Below are positions 63,399 to 64,000 of a DNA stretch of 64,000 nucleotides, one piece after another. Position 1 is the first letter of the stretch. The number at the start of each line of letters is the position of its first letter. Source of the DNA: a virus (Duplodnaviria; Caudoviricetes); IMG/VR virus record IMGVR_UViG_2974778117_000001, positions 32,001-96,000 of that record. The stretch is one strand, 5' to 3'. The position numbers and the translations under genes are program-made. Under the pieces are notes generated by a model. The model did not search any database. It was not told where the DNA came from and was given only the letters and a program-made list of their open reading frames with translations.

Positions 63399-64000
63399 TG
63401 CAAAATGACATCATCATCCACTGGCGTGACCAACTCCGCTGCCGGATCGAGTGCAACCCTGGCGTAGCCTACGAGATGGCGGAGGAGTTCAGCTTCTTCG
63501 TGAATGGATACAAGTTCATGCCGCAGTACAAGGCTGGACGATGGGACGGAAAGATCCGGATGTTTGATGTCAAGACCAGAGGGTTCTACATCGGACTGCT
63601 GGAGCGTCTGTTTGATTGGACGGAGGAGCAAGGCTACACCATCGGCTTTGCTCACCCGGAAGACTTCAAGAATGAGGTCCAGTTTGAGGATGACCGCTTC
63701 CAGAAGATCCTGAAGATCGGCAAGTTCGATCCGAAGTGGTATCAGAAGGATGCTCTGCAAGCCGTTCTCGAGAACAACAAGCTGATCATTCTCTCCCCAA
63801 CCGGATCGGGTAAGTCGTTCATCATCTACCTGATCATTCGGTACATGCAGGAAGTTCTGGAATCGGACATTCTGATCACCGTTCCATCCAAGATGCTTGT
63901 CGAGCAGCTGTTCGCTGACTTTGACGACTACTCGGTGGATGGCTGGAGCGCTGAGGAGAATGTTCACAAGCTGTATGGCGGCAAGGACAAGATGGAAACC
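63398..64000 (+). CDS. uvsW: SF2 DNA helicase (runs off the window)
   Basis: FSFFV.GYKFMP.YK.G.WDGKIR, YQ.DA, SPTGSGKS. Confidence 0.95.
   Translation, partial: MQNDIIIHWRDQLRCRIECNPGVAYEMAEEFSFFVNGYKFMPQYKAGRWDGKIRMFDVKTRGFYIGLLERLFDWTEEQGYTIGFAHPEDFKNEVQFEDDRFQKILKIGKFDPKWYQKDALQAVLENNKLIILSPTGSGKSFIIYLIIRYMQEVLESDILITVPSKMLVEQLFADFDDYSVDGWSAEENVHKLYGGKDKMET

Overview
This is 64 kb of a T4-like (Tevenvirinae/Ackermannviridae-grade) myovirus genome, moderately GC-rich. The tail-fibre modules and composition suggest a Xanthomonadales-type host, but that is unverified inference. The window holds nearly the whole morphogenesis module: gp54, gp2, gp4, gp48, gp53, hub, gp5, an 11-kb fibre/adhesin cluster, PAAR, gp25, gp6-gp8, a VrlC-like protein, gp13-gp23, dNMP kinase, an amidase endolysin, gp3, uvsY and the start of uvsW. 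A 13.5-kb minus-strand island of small early genes with about 11 sigma70-type promoters interrupts it. Late genes are preceded by TAAATA boxes. About 18 single-base frameshifts, many in essential genes, are almost certainly sequencing errors, so CDS coordinates below are the repaired extents. Best novelty candidate: a ~440-nt, highly structured, promoter-driven antisense RNA filling the gap between the small and large terminase genes. Other candidates are a RyR-domain protein inserted between the neck genes, an acidic Y[T/E]G[E/A]-repeat and Cys-rich virion gene trio, a lysozyme-less gp5 with a long helical insert, two expanded families of small early proteins, and promoter-hairpin cassettes. 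No tRNA, CRISPR array, integrase or reverse transcriptase was seen.
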